The notes beneath the pieces were generated by a model. The model did not search any database. It had not been told where the DNA came from and saw only the letters and a list, made by a program, of their open reading frames with translations. Positions 29,901 through 43,185 of a DNA stretch of 64,000 bases are shown here, piece by piece (position 1 is the stretch's first letter; the number at the start of each line of letters is the position of its first letter). Both the position numbers and the translations under genes were made by a program. Origin of the DNA: Octopus vulgaris (lineage: Eukaryota); the NCBI GenBank assembly GCA_951406725.2, contig OX597822.1:55800001-55864000 (forward strand). The letters run 5' to 3'.

Positions 29901-30770
29901 GGCGGTGAGCTGGCAGAATCGTTAGCACGCTGGACGAAATGCTCAGCGGTAATTCGCTAGTCCGTTACGTTCTGAGTTTAAATTCCGCCGAGATCGATCT
30001 TGCCTTTCATGCTTTTGGGGTCGATAAGTTGAGTAAGAGTGAAACGCTGGGGTCAAGGTAATCAACAATCCCTTTCCCCACAAAATCCAAGCCTGGTGCC
30101 TATAGTAGAAAGGATTACTATTATTCTTGTGTTGTTATTGTTGTTGTTAAGGTGGCTAGCTGGCAGAATTGTTAGCGCACTGGACGAAATGCTTAGAGGT
30201 ATTTCGCCCATCGCTACGATCTGAGTTCAAATTCCACCGAGGTCTACTTTACTTTTCATCCTTTAGGGGTCGATAAATTAAATACCAGTTAAGTACTGGG
30301 GTCGATGTAATCAACTTTCCCCTCCCCCCAAATTTCAAGCCTTGTGCCTATAATAGAAAGGAGTATTATTATTATTGTTAAGGCGGCGAGCTGGCAGAAA
30401 CGTTAGCACGCCGGGTGAAATGCGTAGCCGTATTTCGTCTGCCGTTACGTTCTGAGTTCAAATTCCACCGAGGTCGACTTTGCCTTTCATCCTTTCGGGA
30501 TTGATAAATTAAGTACCAGTTACACACTGGGGTCAATATAATCGACTTAATCCGTTTGTCTGTCCTTGTTTGTCCTCTCTGTGTTTAGCCCCTTGTGGGT
30601 AGTAAAGAAATAGGTATTTTGTCTGCCGCTATGTTCTGAGTTCAAATTCCACCAAGGTCGACTTTGCTTTTCATCCTTCCGGGGTCGATAAAATAAGTAC
30701 CAGTTACGCACTGGGGTCGATGTAATCGACTAGACCCCTCCCCCCAAATTTCAGACCTTTAGTAGAAAGG

Positions 30771-30827
<57 letters not shown>

Positions 30828-31047
30828 TATTATCATCATCATCATCATCAAGGCGGCGAGTTGTTGGCAGAAACGTTACCGCGTCAGATAAAATGCTAAC
30901 CAGCATTTCGTCCTCCCTTACGTTCTGAGTTCAAATTCCTCCGAGGTTGACTTTGCTTTTCACCCTTTCGGAGTCGATACATTAACTACCAGTTACGCAC
31001 TGAAATCGATGTAATCGACTAGTTCCCTCCCCCCAAATGTCAGGCCC
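29901..31047 (+). mobile_element. Cluster of 4-5 co-oriented Nin/Deu-domain-like SINE copies separated by (ATT)n
   Basis: ggcggcgagctggcagaa heads at ~29901, 30151, 30382 and 30852; extra internal unit at ~30615. Confidence 0.85.
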
Positions 31048-31517
31048 CAAATTGAGACACCAGCAAAAGAAGAAATAAAGATAGATTTCTTTTCTATTCC
31101 AAAGAAAAACGATTTTATTCACACAAATATGCAACCGAAGAGTTCAAAGTACCAGTAATGATAATGCTGTTGACTGGGAAAACGCAAACATGGTTTAAAC
31201 AGCAAGCTTGGCAGGAAAGAAACGTGCCTTTAAGCAGTACAAAAAACAACAAACAATGGAAGGTGCAGTTATGTACAGGTTCACAGAAAAATAGCAGGAC
31301 AAAAACGATGCATGCAAATGGGTTAGCTGGAGGTAAATCTAGATGGAAAAGCATGATGAATTTATGAGAACGTACCTGGGACAATAATAAGTTTATCCGA
31401 TAAAATATGTAGGAAATCAACTTTGGGCGATTTTTGATGAAAAGCAATAACCTAGGGAACTTAGTAACTAATTTTAAGCTAACTTACTTTACGGGATGTT
31501 CAAGGGCATGGAAAAGC

Positions 31518-31731
31518 TAGTGGCAACAGCTGATGTACTTGCTCGTGCAAATGCCTGTTCCCACGGCTTTATCGATCGCATTCTCACCTGGAATCAATTT
31601 TTGTAATTTTTTCAAGACTTATACACGCCCTGATACCGTCGGTATCTACAAATCAAATTTGAGTACAATCGGATGGAGGATGCCCGAGATCCTAGAAGAC
31701 ACATACACACACACACAGACAGAACGGATTT

Positions 31732-31740
<9 letters not shown>
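31518..31740 (-). mobile_element. Helitron/Helentron-like non-autonomous element
   Basis: On the minus strand: tatatttaaaatccgttctgtctgtgtg...ccgattgtactcaaattt at the 5' end and CTAG at the 3' end. Confidence 0.4.
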
Positions 31741-31800
<60 letters not shown>

Positions 31801-33334
31801 AATATAAGAACAAATATTAACAATCTATATTTCATTTAGGGGTGTCTTATATAAGACATATTTTTGTGAAACAACAGTAATAAGTCAGATATTCAAAAAG
31901 TTAGGAATCTGTCGCCGTCTCCGGCGAAAATGTGAACCTAAAGTTATGTAGTGAAGCTTACGATAAATCATTTGGTGCTGCACTCCACCTTCAGCACATC
32001 TGCATCGAGGTTAGAAGTTGCTGGTGAAGATACCCAGAAGACAAAATAGTCTAGGAGAAAAATATTCTTCGTTTTCCTACAATGAATAATATTTCTTCTT
32101 GTAGCGAGCTATGTTCCCCACCCCATTGTTATTCAACACAGTTCGTCTTTACAATCTGCTTGAATAGATATTTATTTTGCTTCGAGTATTTAACGAAAGA
32201 GAATGTAATATTTTTATTCTATGCTCGGACAAGGAAATGCTACTTCAAACTATTTGCTTAAACGACAAATTACTAATATTAAAACAAATTCGTACCATTT
32301 ATAAACATTGTTGCATGAGTTTGCTTGTATTCACAAATAAAGCATTTCAATGACGAGAAGAGCTCTTCTATTTCCTTAAACTGCTATTTATCAGAAGAAG
32401 CAAATGTTGTTTCTTTATAAATTATGGCTAAGTAGTTTAAAAATGGTATGCCATATGGGTGGTTATAATTGAAATATATTGGGTGTTCTAAGAGTTATAT
32501 TATAAGTGCTTCAGATTTATAAAATTCATTATTTTGTTTTCTTCGCTGAGCTTCTAATTGAGCATATTGCTGCAGAGATAAATGTCAGATGAGTCAAGCC
32601 AACGAACGAAAGCCACTACGTGGTCGCTCGATATATTAGATATAGTAGTCAATCCTTCGCATCACATATTACCACAACAAAGAATGAAGGAGAAACTGGT
32701 CAATGTCCTAGACATACAAAATGTCAGCATTGACGAATGCTTTTGATCAGTTGTCTACTAGCAAAGAGATGACCTGACAGCTAAACATCATCGTCACCAC
32801 CAAACACAATTTCAAATAAGCTGAATCACAAGCTGAAACTACAACTGGGTTTCGATACTCAGTTAAAGCCATTTTTGTTTTTTTTAACATTTATGAGAAA
32901 GTCACAAAGCTTTAAGAATGTCATTGCTTTCTCTTTTATCTGTGTGATTAGTTTGTGGTAATACGCCAAACAAAATCAATGAACATAAATCAACAGACAC
33001 AATAGATCAATAAATATGAAATAGTAAATATATGTAAACATTGCAAAATCAATAAACATAATAAATCAGTAAAGGTGTGGCTGTGGGCTAAGTAGTTTGG
33101 CTCCCAGTTACAGAGTTCCGGGTCCAGACCAATGTGTGGCACCTTGGGTATCTTCTACTATAGACCAGGCCTACTAAAGCCTTGTGAGTAGAGTTGATAG
33201 AGGAAAACTGAGATAAGTGAGTCGTATATATATAGTAAATCCAAAACAGAACAACAAACACAAAAAAACACAACAGCGCGAGGACCTGGTACATGTAAAG
33301 TATTAGCAGACGTTCGGGGAAGGAAAGAAAGATG

Positions 33335-33369
33335 GTTTAACGTTTCAAGCAGAGCTCTTCTTCAGAAAC
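33335..33369 (-). ncRNA. Minimal type I hammerhead motif
   Basis: GTTT-CTGAAGA-A-GAGC-TCT-GCTT-GAAAC-GTT-AAAC. Confidence 0.6.
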
Positions 33370-33734
33370 AGAGGAAAGTCCAATAGAAAAGGAAGACGGA
33401 GAAAGTAAATCGCCAACGATTCACATGTGGTTACATTTTGAAATGACCGGAAGGGAATGGGTGAAGAAAAAGTTCTTTTCAAGACAGGAGAGTGTAAGAG
33501 AAGGAGGTATGTGTGTGAATGTGTGGGTACGTGCGTGCGTGCAAGCCTCTGTGTGTGTGTGTGTGTGCGTATGTATGTCTATGTGCTCTGTGTGTGTAGC
33601 TTTGACTCTTTATATGTGTATGTGTGAGTGAACTTTATGTCGCTTAATGTTGTTGGAATAATTCAGTAGTATTGTAGCAGGAGTGGCGGTCTTTTTGTGT
33701 AGTTGTATATAGTTAGCTATTTGATACACAAACT

Positions 33735-34302
33735 GTATCCATATAACCTTCGAACAAGGGAGGTCAGTCGCTCCACACTACTTGACCGGCAGCTACAGAC
33801 GCGTTTCGGGGTATTGCCCCTTTTTGCAGCGTAGCCAGATCAGTAGGTGTCGCTTCTGACAATCTCTGTTCGAAGGTTTTATTTACCTTTTCAATACAGC
33901 GCGAGTATCCATAACCTTCGAACAAGAGGTCAGTCGCTCCACACTACTTGAGCAGCTACAGACGCGTCGCCCTTTTCAATGCAGCGTACAGATCAGTAGG
34001 TGTCTGTTCTGTTCGAAGGTTTTATTTACCTAGCTTCGGTGGAATACATCCACTTGTTTTCAATAATAGAAATATTAAAATTACTAAGTCTCTCTAAAAG
34101 AGAACAACGGCAGCGTTCCCGGAAAATAATAGTTATCGCCATACTAATATGGCATTCTTATAAAAATATTCCATATATACGTCTATATACACACAGGAAA
34201 AATGCAGAGTGGAATGTAGAATACAGAAAAATTATGTGTAAAAAAGAATTATGAGTAAAAAAATATATTAGCAATAAAGCTATAAGACCACTGTCTCGAT
34301 AA

Positions 34303-34352
<50 letters not shown>

Positions 34353-34815
34353 TATAAGAAAGGTAAGTAAATAGTGTAGAGAGATAAAAAGCTTGTATGT
34401 GGATACAATATAGAAAGCAAGTCCTATCTGTAATATCGGGGTGGGGTGGGGACCAAAAACAACAAATATTTAGCCACTTGTCGTCATGACCCGAAAAGTT
34501 CAGTTCTTGAATTTAGACATGTGGCGGGATCTAAGCTGCTTTTCCAGATGATCCATCTTTCCATATCACAAAGACCGCACTTTCCACTGCCGTTGGTGTA
34601 GGGCTTACACATGGCTGGCTAAGATTTTCCAATAGATGTTGTAACTGACACCTTTATCTTTTAAGGACCATACATGACTGGATAATTTGGTCATTTTCCT
34701 TTTATCCCGGTACCTGAAGCTCAAGGTGTGATTATTGAACCTGGCCTTGAAATTACCCTCTGTAAGGCCTACGTATTTCTTCGTCGAAACCGTGTCATTA
34801 GTGGGTATATTAGAC
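33735..34815 (-). mobile_element. PLE 3' fragment: GIY-YIG C-terminus plus tandem ~170-bp HHR-containing repeats
   Basis: 34446-34815 translates as KKYVGLTEGNFKARFNNH..LSSHVWSLK..CGLC..LNSRTEL; repeats start at 33735 and 33905. Confidence 0.8.
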
Positions 34816-35262
34816 GTGTGTGTGCGTGCATGCCAGTATGTCCGTATATAGACGTGTTTTACTCTTATTGCTAATTTTTTACACTATGTTTACACATTTT
34901 TCTGTATTTTGCCTTTAGCTCTGTGTTTTTGTTTCTTGTGCATGTGCGTATATAGACGTGTGTCTGAACCTTTTTTGTGCGCGTGTTCATGTGTGCGAGC
35001 GTGTATGCGGGTATGTATATATTTTTTGGCGAATGTGTGGGTGAGCATGTGTGTTTCAAGTGAGGATGGATGAGCATGTACGTGGGTGTGCGGGCGCGCA
35101 TGTGTATGCATGGATATGCACGCTTACGCGATTGCTATAAACACTTTTACTCCCTTACCCTTACGGTCATTCTAATAGCTCTTTTGTCTTAATAACGATC
35201 AACCACACAGTAATTTCCCTTTGTTTTAACGGTAATTTTCATAGCATTTTTTTCGATGGCCC

Positions 35263-35323
35263 GATAACTGAAGAGATGCCGGCGTGGGTTTCCGCCCCGG
35301 CATCCGAAACTCGGAGTTTTATC
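35263..35323 (+). ncRNA. Type I hammerhead ribozyme motif
   Basis: GATAA-CTGAAGA-GATGCCGG..CCGGCATC-C-GAA-ACTC-G-GAGT-T-TTATC. Confidence 0.7.
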
Positions 35324-35380
35324 ATGGCTACCGAATAATTGTCACATATTATATTTACAGATGTGTATATATATATATAT

Positions 35381-35689
35381 ATCACCGTGATCACCGTGAC
35401 CGACCAGACTATCAGATGTTGCTACACATCGCTGGTCACAATGCGCTTTGCATTGTTTTAGCCTTCAAGTTACGCCACTCCGCTGGCTAAGCGAGCAGGC
35501 CAATAGAAGAAAGAGTGAGAGAAAGTTGTGGCGAAAGAGTATAGCAGGGTTCGCCACCACCCCCTGCCGGAGCCTCGTGGAACTTTAGGTGTTTTCGCTC
35601 AATAAACACTCACAACGCCCGGTGTGGGAATCGAAACCGCGATCCTACAACCGCGAGTCTGCTTCCCTAACCACTGGGCCATTGCGCTT

Positions 35690-35691
<2 letters not shown>
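35381..35691 (-). mobile_element. Full-length tRNA-derived SINE with (CACGGTGAT) tail
   Basis: A box tggcccagtgg, B box ggtttcgattccc; inverted partner at 35804. Confidence 0.85.
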
Positions 35692-35775
<84 letters not shown>

Positions 35776-35803
35776 ATGTGTGTGTGTGTGTGTGTGTGCG
35801 TGT

Positions 35804-36108
35804 GGAGGCGCAATGGCCTAGTGGTAAGAGCAGCGGTCGTAGGATCGCGGTTTCGATTCCCAGACCGGGCGTTGTGAGTGTTTATTGAGCGAAAACACCT
35901 AAAAAGCTCCACGATGCTTCGGCAGGGGTTGGTAGCGATCCCTGCTGTATTCTTTCGCCACAACTTTCTCTCATTCTTTCTTCTGTCGGCCTGCTCGCTT
36001 AGCCAGCGGGGTGGCGCCATTTGAAGGCTAAAACAATGCGAAGCGCATTGTGACCAGCGATGTGTAGCAACATCTGATAGCCTGGTCGATCACGGTGATC
36101 ACGGTGAT
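35804..36108 (+). mobile_element. Full-length tRNA-derived SINE of the same family
   Basis: Reverse complement of 35381-35691 with scattered differences. Confidence 0.85.
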
Positions 36109-37156
36109 ATATATGTGTGTCCGTGTCCGTATGTCTGTCTGTATTTTTCCCCATCACCACTTGACAAACAGTATTAGTTTGCTTAAGCCCGCGTTTGACA
36201 TATGAAAACAACTGAATGAATAATTGTCAGGCTTTAAAATGAAGTACTTTGAAAATAAGTATTTGTTCGATTAGAACCCTTCAAGGTGATGCTCCAGCAT
36301 TGCTGCTGCCTAATAACTGGAATAAGTAAAAGACAAAAGCGATAGATAAAGAGAAATTATACAGCAGTAAGCATAGTAGAGTCGTAAACAACAGACCAGT
36401 AAAAATAGATTAGGAAACATTAGATAAATTCGAATGTTCAGTGGTTGGTGACATTAATTTATAGCAAAATTGAGCTTTATTGTATTACTCGCTTGAGGAA
36501 CTCACAAGGTCGGTTCAAGCTCATCATTATCTATTCTTTATTTTATTAAGTGTCTCACTCACCCATCCATGGAATACTGCGGTCACAGCAAGAAGGTGGG
36601 TTTTACCGCTATTGGTATTCTTTTCCCCCATGATCGAGTTTATAAGCAACAATGATGATCTTTTTTTGACAGTTAAAAAGTTCAATTCTTCACTGTCGTT
36701 AGAAAATTGCTACTTTATCCTTATTCTATACATATTTTCAAGGGTGCTCTTATATCTAACCCTCTTTCCTTCTTCTTTCTCTGTAGGTTAGTAACCGAAT
36801 GTTTCGTTTTCCATCAAATCTCATCCTTTTACTGTTGTCGTATCCTCCTGTAAAAGAAAGGTTCTACTCTTTTAGTTTCTTTCATTTGGCCTTTGTTGAG
36901 TGACACTCTCTTCCATCTTGTTTCTTGGAGAGGTATATAATCTTATTGTTTTTAGTGAAGAGCCTTTCACGATATCATTTTTCCTATTCTTTAGTAACTC
37001 ACCACAAATGAAACGGTTGCTTAAAGTCTGTTTCATTGTTAATCATTTTTGCTGTCGTATAGAGAGAAATTTTCCAAAATAAATAAAATATTATGATATA
37101 ATACTTATGCCTTTGAAAAGTGAAATTGTAAGATAAATGGTGTGAAACATCAAACT

Positions 37157-37198
37157 AGAATATATATTTGGTAAACGGAAACTGAAAAAAGCCTGTCG

Positions 37199-37267
<69 letters not shown>

Positions 37268-37482
37268 TTGTGTGTCTGTGTTTGTCCCCCAACATCGCTT
37301 GACAACCGATGCTGGTGTGTTTACATTCTCGTAACTTATCGGCTCGGCAAAAGAGACCGATAGAATAAGTACTAGGCTTACAAAGAATAAGTCCTGGGGT
37401 CAATTTGCTCGACTAAAGGCGATACTCCAGCTTGGCCACAGTCAAATGACCGAAACAAGTAAAAGAGAGTAAAAGAGAGAGT
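37157..37482 (+). mobile_element. 5'-truncated copy of the 23738-type SINE
   Basis: Reverse-complement match to the 23738-24162 family. Confidence 0.8.
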
Positions 37483-39985
37483 ATTACGTAAGTTGTCTCA
37501 TTAAGTGTAAAGACTAGTCTTTAAAAAAACATGATTGTTTTAGAATTACAATTCTTGCATAAACTATATAGATACTTACCTATGGGTAATTATATTGAAA
37601 GTGAAAAAATAAGTAATTCATGGCAAACCGTTTAATCCATGATTAACAAAATTCTTTAAAAAATAGAAATACAAAGATCTACCCCCGTCATATTTTTAAA
37701 GTTTTGCAAGTTTTAGCAATTGATATTTACGTAAAGAATCATCAGTATGACTCGGGATATCAGGTCTTTTTCTGCACTAACCGTACAAATTCAACTTCTT
37801 TCACAAGTTGGTTATTTATCTTAATTTCATCGATGTTATTACAATTCACATAATATTTTAGATTATCCTCTAAATTCACCGTACATTACTTTCTTTTCTT
37901 GTTTAACACAGGCCATACCGATAGTGTTGAATTGTGTTTCTGAACACCTCGCGGTCATCAAACACTTCCGAACCAGTACTACAATGCCAAGCAAAATGGG
38001 CGAGCTTTATATGACTGAAAGGTCAGTAGGAGTTTCAATAAAGTCAATTAAGAGAGTTGGAGATGATTTTTCCTTTAGTCAAAATCAAATGCTTCGCATT
38101 CAGGTACACGACCTTTAGAGTAACCACTGTAATATTGAAGGAAGAAAACATTTCTTTCTAGTATTTACTGCCAATATATTTGGTGTGCCAAATTTTCAGC
38201 AAAATTGAGTCAGAAAATTATATTGCCAGAGGACTTGTTCTCTGTTATTTTAATTTGTATAAACAGCAGCAGTTTCAGAAGACAGAGAACGGAGAGAAAA
38301 AGAAAAAGAAGTAAAGAAGGAGATATATATCAATGTAATTGGAAAGAAGAAATGTGCAGAAGAAAGAAGGTAATGTATTGCTCTCTTATCAATGAGTCAT
38401 CCATGATTATGATATCTAATGCGAAAAATCACTCTTGGCTTCAATATCCCACTGTATTTGTATTAAATGTAATTACCACTACGTTAGAACCACAGGATTG
38501 TATTCTAAGGTATCATAGCTATTATTGATTCTTATTGATTCAATTTAGTTTCATTCATTCATTTGAGAGAGATTTCTATCTTTGCCGCCATAAAGACATG
38601 AGCTGTTACATAATACTGTTTTATGAATAGAAAATATGATCTCATACGAGGAATTAATTTTGGTTAAACGTGAGGTTGTGGGTGTTTAGATTTTTGGTTC
38701 ATTGATTGATGAGTGTGCGTGTACGTTTCAGTGTAGCAGAGGGTGATAGTTACTGCTTCTTACATTTTTACTATTTTTTATCGCTTTTAAATTCAATTGT
38801 TTTCTACGATAAAATAATTACAGTAAGCTCATCGTTCTCTACTTCTCCATTCGAAACACCTCCACATTCTCCCTCTGTTCATTAACATTATCATTAATAT
38901 GGTCAATGTTGAATATACTTTCCGGTGGGAAAATTTTTAAGCAGTATTATAATTGGGATCATGATCACATAATGTCACTTACATTAGCCTATGACAATCA
39001 CGTTCGTCAACTTCCTTAAAGAGCCACTAACGCCACTACCCATTCTTCACCTCTTCCACGATTTCTTTCGGAAGCATTAAGGTCAATTATTTTAAGGAGA
39101 ATATAAAATAGATTGTGTCGACTCATTATAGCAGTGATATATTACTGGTACTTACTTTAGATGCTTCAGACTGATGAAAGGAACGTTACACATCTTATAA
39201 ACTGAATGCCTAACCAAGAAGAATGAGATTAAATACATTCTGTTTGGGTATTTCGGTGTAGTTGTTAAAAAAGTATATAGTTGTGGTTGTTGTTATATAT
39301 CCTAAGATAAATCATGTGGAGGTGCGTGGCTTAGGGTGTTAGACTCACGATCGTAAGATTGTGGTTTCAATTCCTGAACAGGGTGACGCGTTGTGTTCTT
39401 GAGGAAAAAACACTCCATTGGACGTTTCTTTAGTTCACTCAGCGGACAAAAATGAGTAGTCCGGCGTCCAGTCAAGATGGGGAGTTTATACATCGGTAAT
39501 TGGCCCTTAAAAGTCGACAGTACTCGTAAAGGCAACTTTTTAGATCAATCATAATCAATCAAATGTAGGATCAAAGCCTTTCAGTCATGGACATTTTATC
39601 TTTTTATATACCAAGGATTACTACGTTGTCTAATCTATCCTTATTTTAGATGGTAGTGTTTACTTTAAGGAAGACTTTGCTACTATTTCTTATAGGTGAA
39701 CAGATCAGGTAGAGGCTCTTTTGTTGTCTCTAGCTGTTGTTGTTTAGCCACATGTCAGCTCTACTCAAGTAAGTCAATGAACAAAGACTTTTTAGCTATG
39801 GCTAACCTGTTTATTTCTATATGTGCGACAGCCCAAACCATACTAGTCGTGTTCAGATCAGATTTGAAGGAGATTTGGTTACCCTTTCTAGCTGGTGGGG
39901 CGACTACGTAGAAGCTCTTTTGTTGGAGTTCGGGTTGTCTCAACTATATTTGGGATGTGTAACTTTTCATCTATTTCTTTGAAGT

Positions 39986-40806
39986 CAGGGTGGTATCAAG
40001 CAGTTCCCCGACTAGTTCTGTAGTACGCTAACAGAGGGCGTATTCTGTGAGAACTGTGAGAACTAGTAGTGACCTTCATGAGGCAGTGTGCTGAATGACA
40101 TTGCTGGGTTTACTTCGCAAGTTGTGAAATTTGTGTTTCTGTGATCAGGTGTATGCTGTAGTCTGAGATTTTGTCATGGACAGGAACAAAGGGTCAATGT
40201 GAAATTTTCCCAAACTTAGAAAGACACTGAGCATGCTTCGGAAAGATTACGTTGATGAAACAATGGGTCGTACGCAATGTTTCGCTTGGCATGGACGCTT
40301 CAAAAGCGGAATAAAGTTTCTGGAAAACGATGAGCGATCTGTAAGACCTGCCACGAGCGTCAACTCTGAAAATGTGGTATTGTGTACCGAGAATTTGTCC
40401 CCCAGGGTCAGACCATCAATCAAGAGTTCTAATGTGACATTTTGACGCGTTCGAGCACGAAGAATTGGATTATTCACGCCGAGAATTCCCCCTGTCACCG
40501 AGCTCTCCGGACTCGTGAGTTTCTCGCCGAAAACAACATGGTATCGCCTCCGCACCTGCTCTATTTGCCAGATTTAGTACTTGCGGATTTCCATCTTTTC
40601 TTCAAAATGAAATTGCAGCTCAAAGGTCGCTGTTGTCGAGAGCGAATCGCGGAAGGTCCTCGACTCGCTTACAGAAAACTACTTCTAGGCCGGATTCCCA
40701 AAGTAGCAGGAACATAGGGACCGGTGTACTGCTGTGCAAGGTGACAATTTCGAAGGTGATGTTAAAACTTAGGTAAATAAGTTATATTTTATTAAGCATA
40801 ACTAGT
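39986..40806 (+). mobile_element. Internally deleted mariner remnant
   Basis: GRTQCFAWHGRFKSG..DERS.RP and NSPCHR..FLAENN..PHLLYLPDLVLADFHLF; partial TIR match (actagt). Confidence 0.75.
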
Positions 40807-41255
40807 AATTCATTCAAAGTTGAGTAATTATGAGGTGTTTATGTCGGTTTCATTTTGGGAGAAAGTATATAAAATATGCGATCTGAAGGGGAGTGTAGGA
40901 TTGATCAAAAATGCAGGATAGAACAGTGGTCGCTAAGTGTGTGGAGAAGAAAGTGATAAAGTGATACATGGAGATAAGCTGTAGTATTTATCACGTTAAA
41001 GTAAACTGTTTTATATATCATGCTGAAATATGTGGATATATTAATGTTGGTCGTTTATGATATGAAAGCAATTTATCAGCGATCAAACTGTACTCCCCCG
41101 ATGTTAACTATAATGTTTTCGTGCAAACCATTACTCTCAAATTTATCGAAGACTCTTGAGCGAAATTGCGTTCAGAATACTGTGTGAATGTATCGGAAAC
41201 AATCTGTTTTTTTTGGTTGTTCATTTAGCCCTGCACCTTGTTCAGTCACTTCTTG

Positions 41256-41346
41256 CTAATGGCTTTTCTAAGCCGAATGTACAACTAATGGCTTTTCTAA
41301 GCCGAATGTACAACTAATGGCTTTTCTAAGCCGATTGTTACAACTA
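41256..41346. repeat. 29-bp tandem repeat x3
   Basis: ctaatggcttttctaagccgaatgtacaa at 41256, 41285 and 41314. Confidence 0.9.
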
Positions 41347-42034
41347 CATTCCAGAAAAATCAAAAAAGACTAACGCCCTTATCATCACCCGCAAAGTTTT
41401 ATATATAACTCTCACTGCTGATCGTTGGATCTTGAGCATGTTAGGATCCGGAAGAAGGTATAATGCCATTCAATGGACTGGCGGCCACGTTTTAATTTCT
41501 GTCACCGGATCGGGGCAGAAAATTTGAGGTAAATCTACCAAAACGTAAGGTAAATCAGTAAATAAAAGTTAGGGTCAATCTAAAAACAAACAAGTGTATT
41601 TACACACACACACACACACACGCACACACACACACACACATACACACACACACACACGCACGCACACACACACACGCACGCACACACACACTATTTATAT
41701 GTATGTATATATGTATGTATGTGTGTTTGTGTGCTTGTGAGTGTGTCTGTGTGTGTGTGCATGTCTGTAATTAAAATATACTATTATGTGATTTGATAAA
41801 AAATTTCAGGTTAGTTTTCAATTTTCAACAAAAATGTACGTGCAGTGAAAATGGAGCATTTCAATGAATGTGTTCAAATCCCACGGAGCTCAATTTGCCT
41901 TCATCCTTTACAGGGTCGATAAATAAAGTACCTTGCAAATACTGGTTTCGATTCTTTCATTACTTTGCTTCTGTCTCTCTCTCCCTCTCTATTTCTCCCT
42001 TTCTCTTTTCTCCTTCTCTCTCCTTCTCTTTCCT

Positions 42035-42073
<39 letters not shown>

Positions 42074-43125
42074 CTCTATCTCTCCTTTTCTCTGAATTGG
42101 ATGCGCTATGAGAAGGTTGTTGGTGGGCCACTCAAAATCTTCTGTTCTCTAGAAATAAAGAACTATTAAACAACCTCTACTAAAAGAAAAAGAAAACAAA
42201 AAACAAATACTGGTACGCTACAGGAATGGCCGATGTGCTTAATGATCAATGCGTATCGGGTGAAGCATTTAATTAAATTATAACAGTAAATTAAAATACT
42301 TTTCTGAATCCCTACCAGAGAAAAAAATTATTTATTGAAGACAAGTTGAAGCAGGATCGAGAGGTTCTTTTCTTAAATTCGTTGCAATATTTGACATCGG
42401 AATTAGCTGGAAAAATAAAATAGCTGACAATAAGAGAATTAAAAAAGAAAAATTAAAGAGGAGAACTTAAAATTTACAATTCATTTCTAAATAAAACTAA
42501 ATTATTTTAATCTAGAGAATCCAATATAAAATCAGAGACGAGATTCTTTAATTAAAACATAACATTCAATTATACCAGGGCAGTGCATTTGTTGAATCGT
42601 TAGAAGGTTGCTGTTTTGTTCCCGTTTGTTTTATTCTGAGTTCAAATCCTACTTCGCTTAATCCTTTTTTTCCCTTTTGTTCCTCTTCTTGGGATCAATA
42701 AAATAAACTATGGCTGATGTAAGCGATTGTTTCTTTCCATAAAAATTCAGGCCTTTGCGTTTCTATAAGAAAGAGATATTTACTTATGGTCTATTAGGAA
42801 ACATAAGTAAAATGCATCTTTTTTGTTATATATTTCAATGTACATATAACAAATTATGTATATATGTTTACTTATAAAAGACTAGTCCACAGCGTTTTAC
42901 TTGTTTAACTTTCATATCAAAAGCCTTTGATAAAACAATGTAAGTCAATCATTACCTTTAAAAAAGTATATATTTTACTCCACTTTTTTTAAGTATTGCT
43001 CACATTAAATTGTGAAAACTTTGTTCATACGAAGAAACAGGCTAAAACAAAAACAAAAGCAAAATAATCAAACAAAACTGAGAGAAAATTTTAAAAAGAA
43101 AGCAAGAGAACGAAAGTAAGAGAAA

Positions 43126-43185
<60 letters not shown>

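Noticed and set aside
31115-31447. Possible LINE linker fragment (KKRAFKQYKK..KW.SW)
   Set aside because: Too short and degraded to assign with confidence
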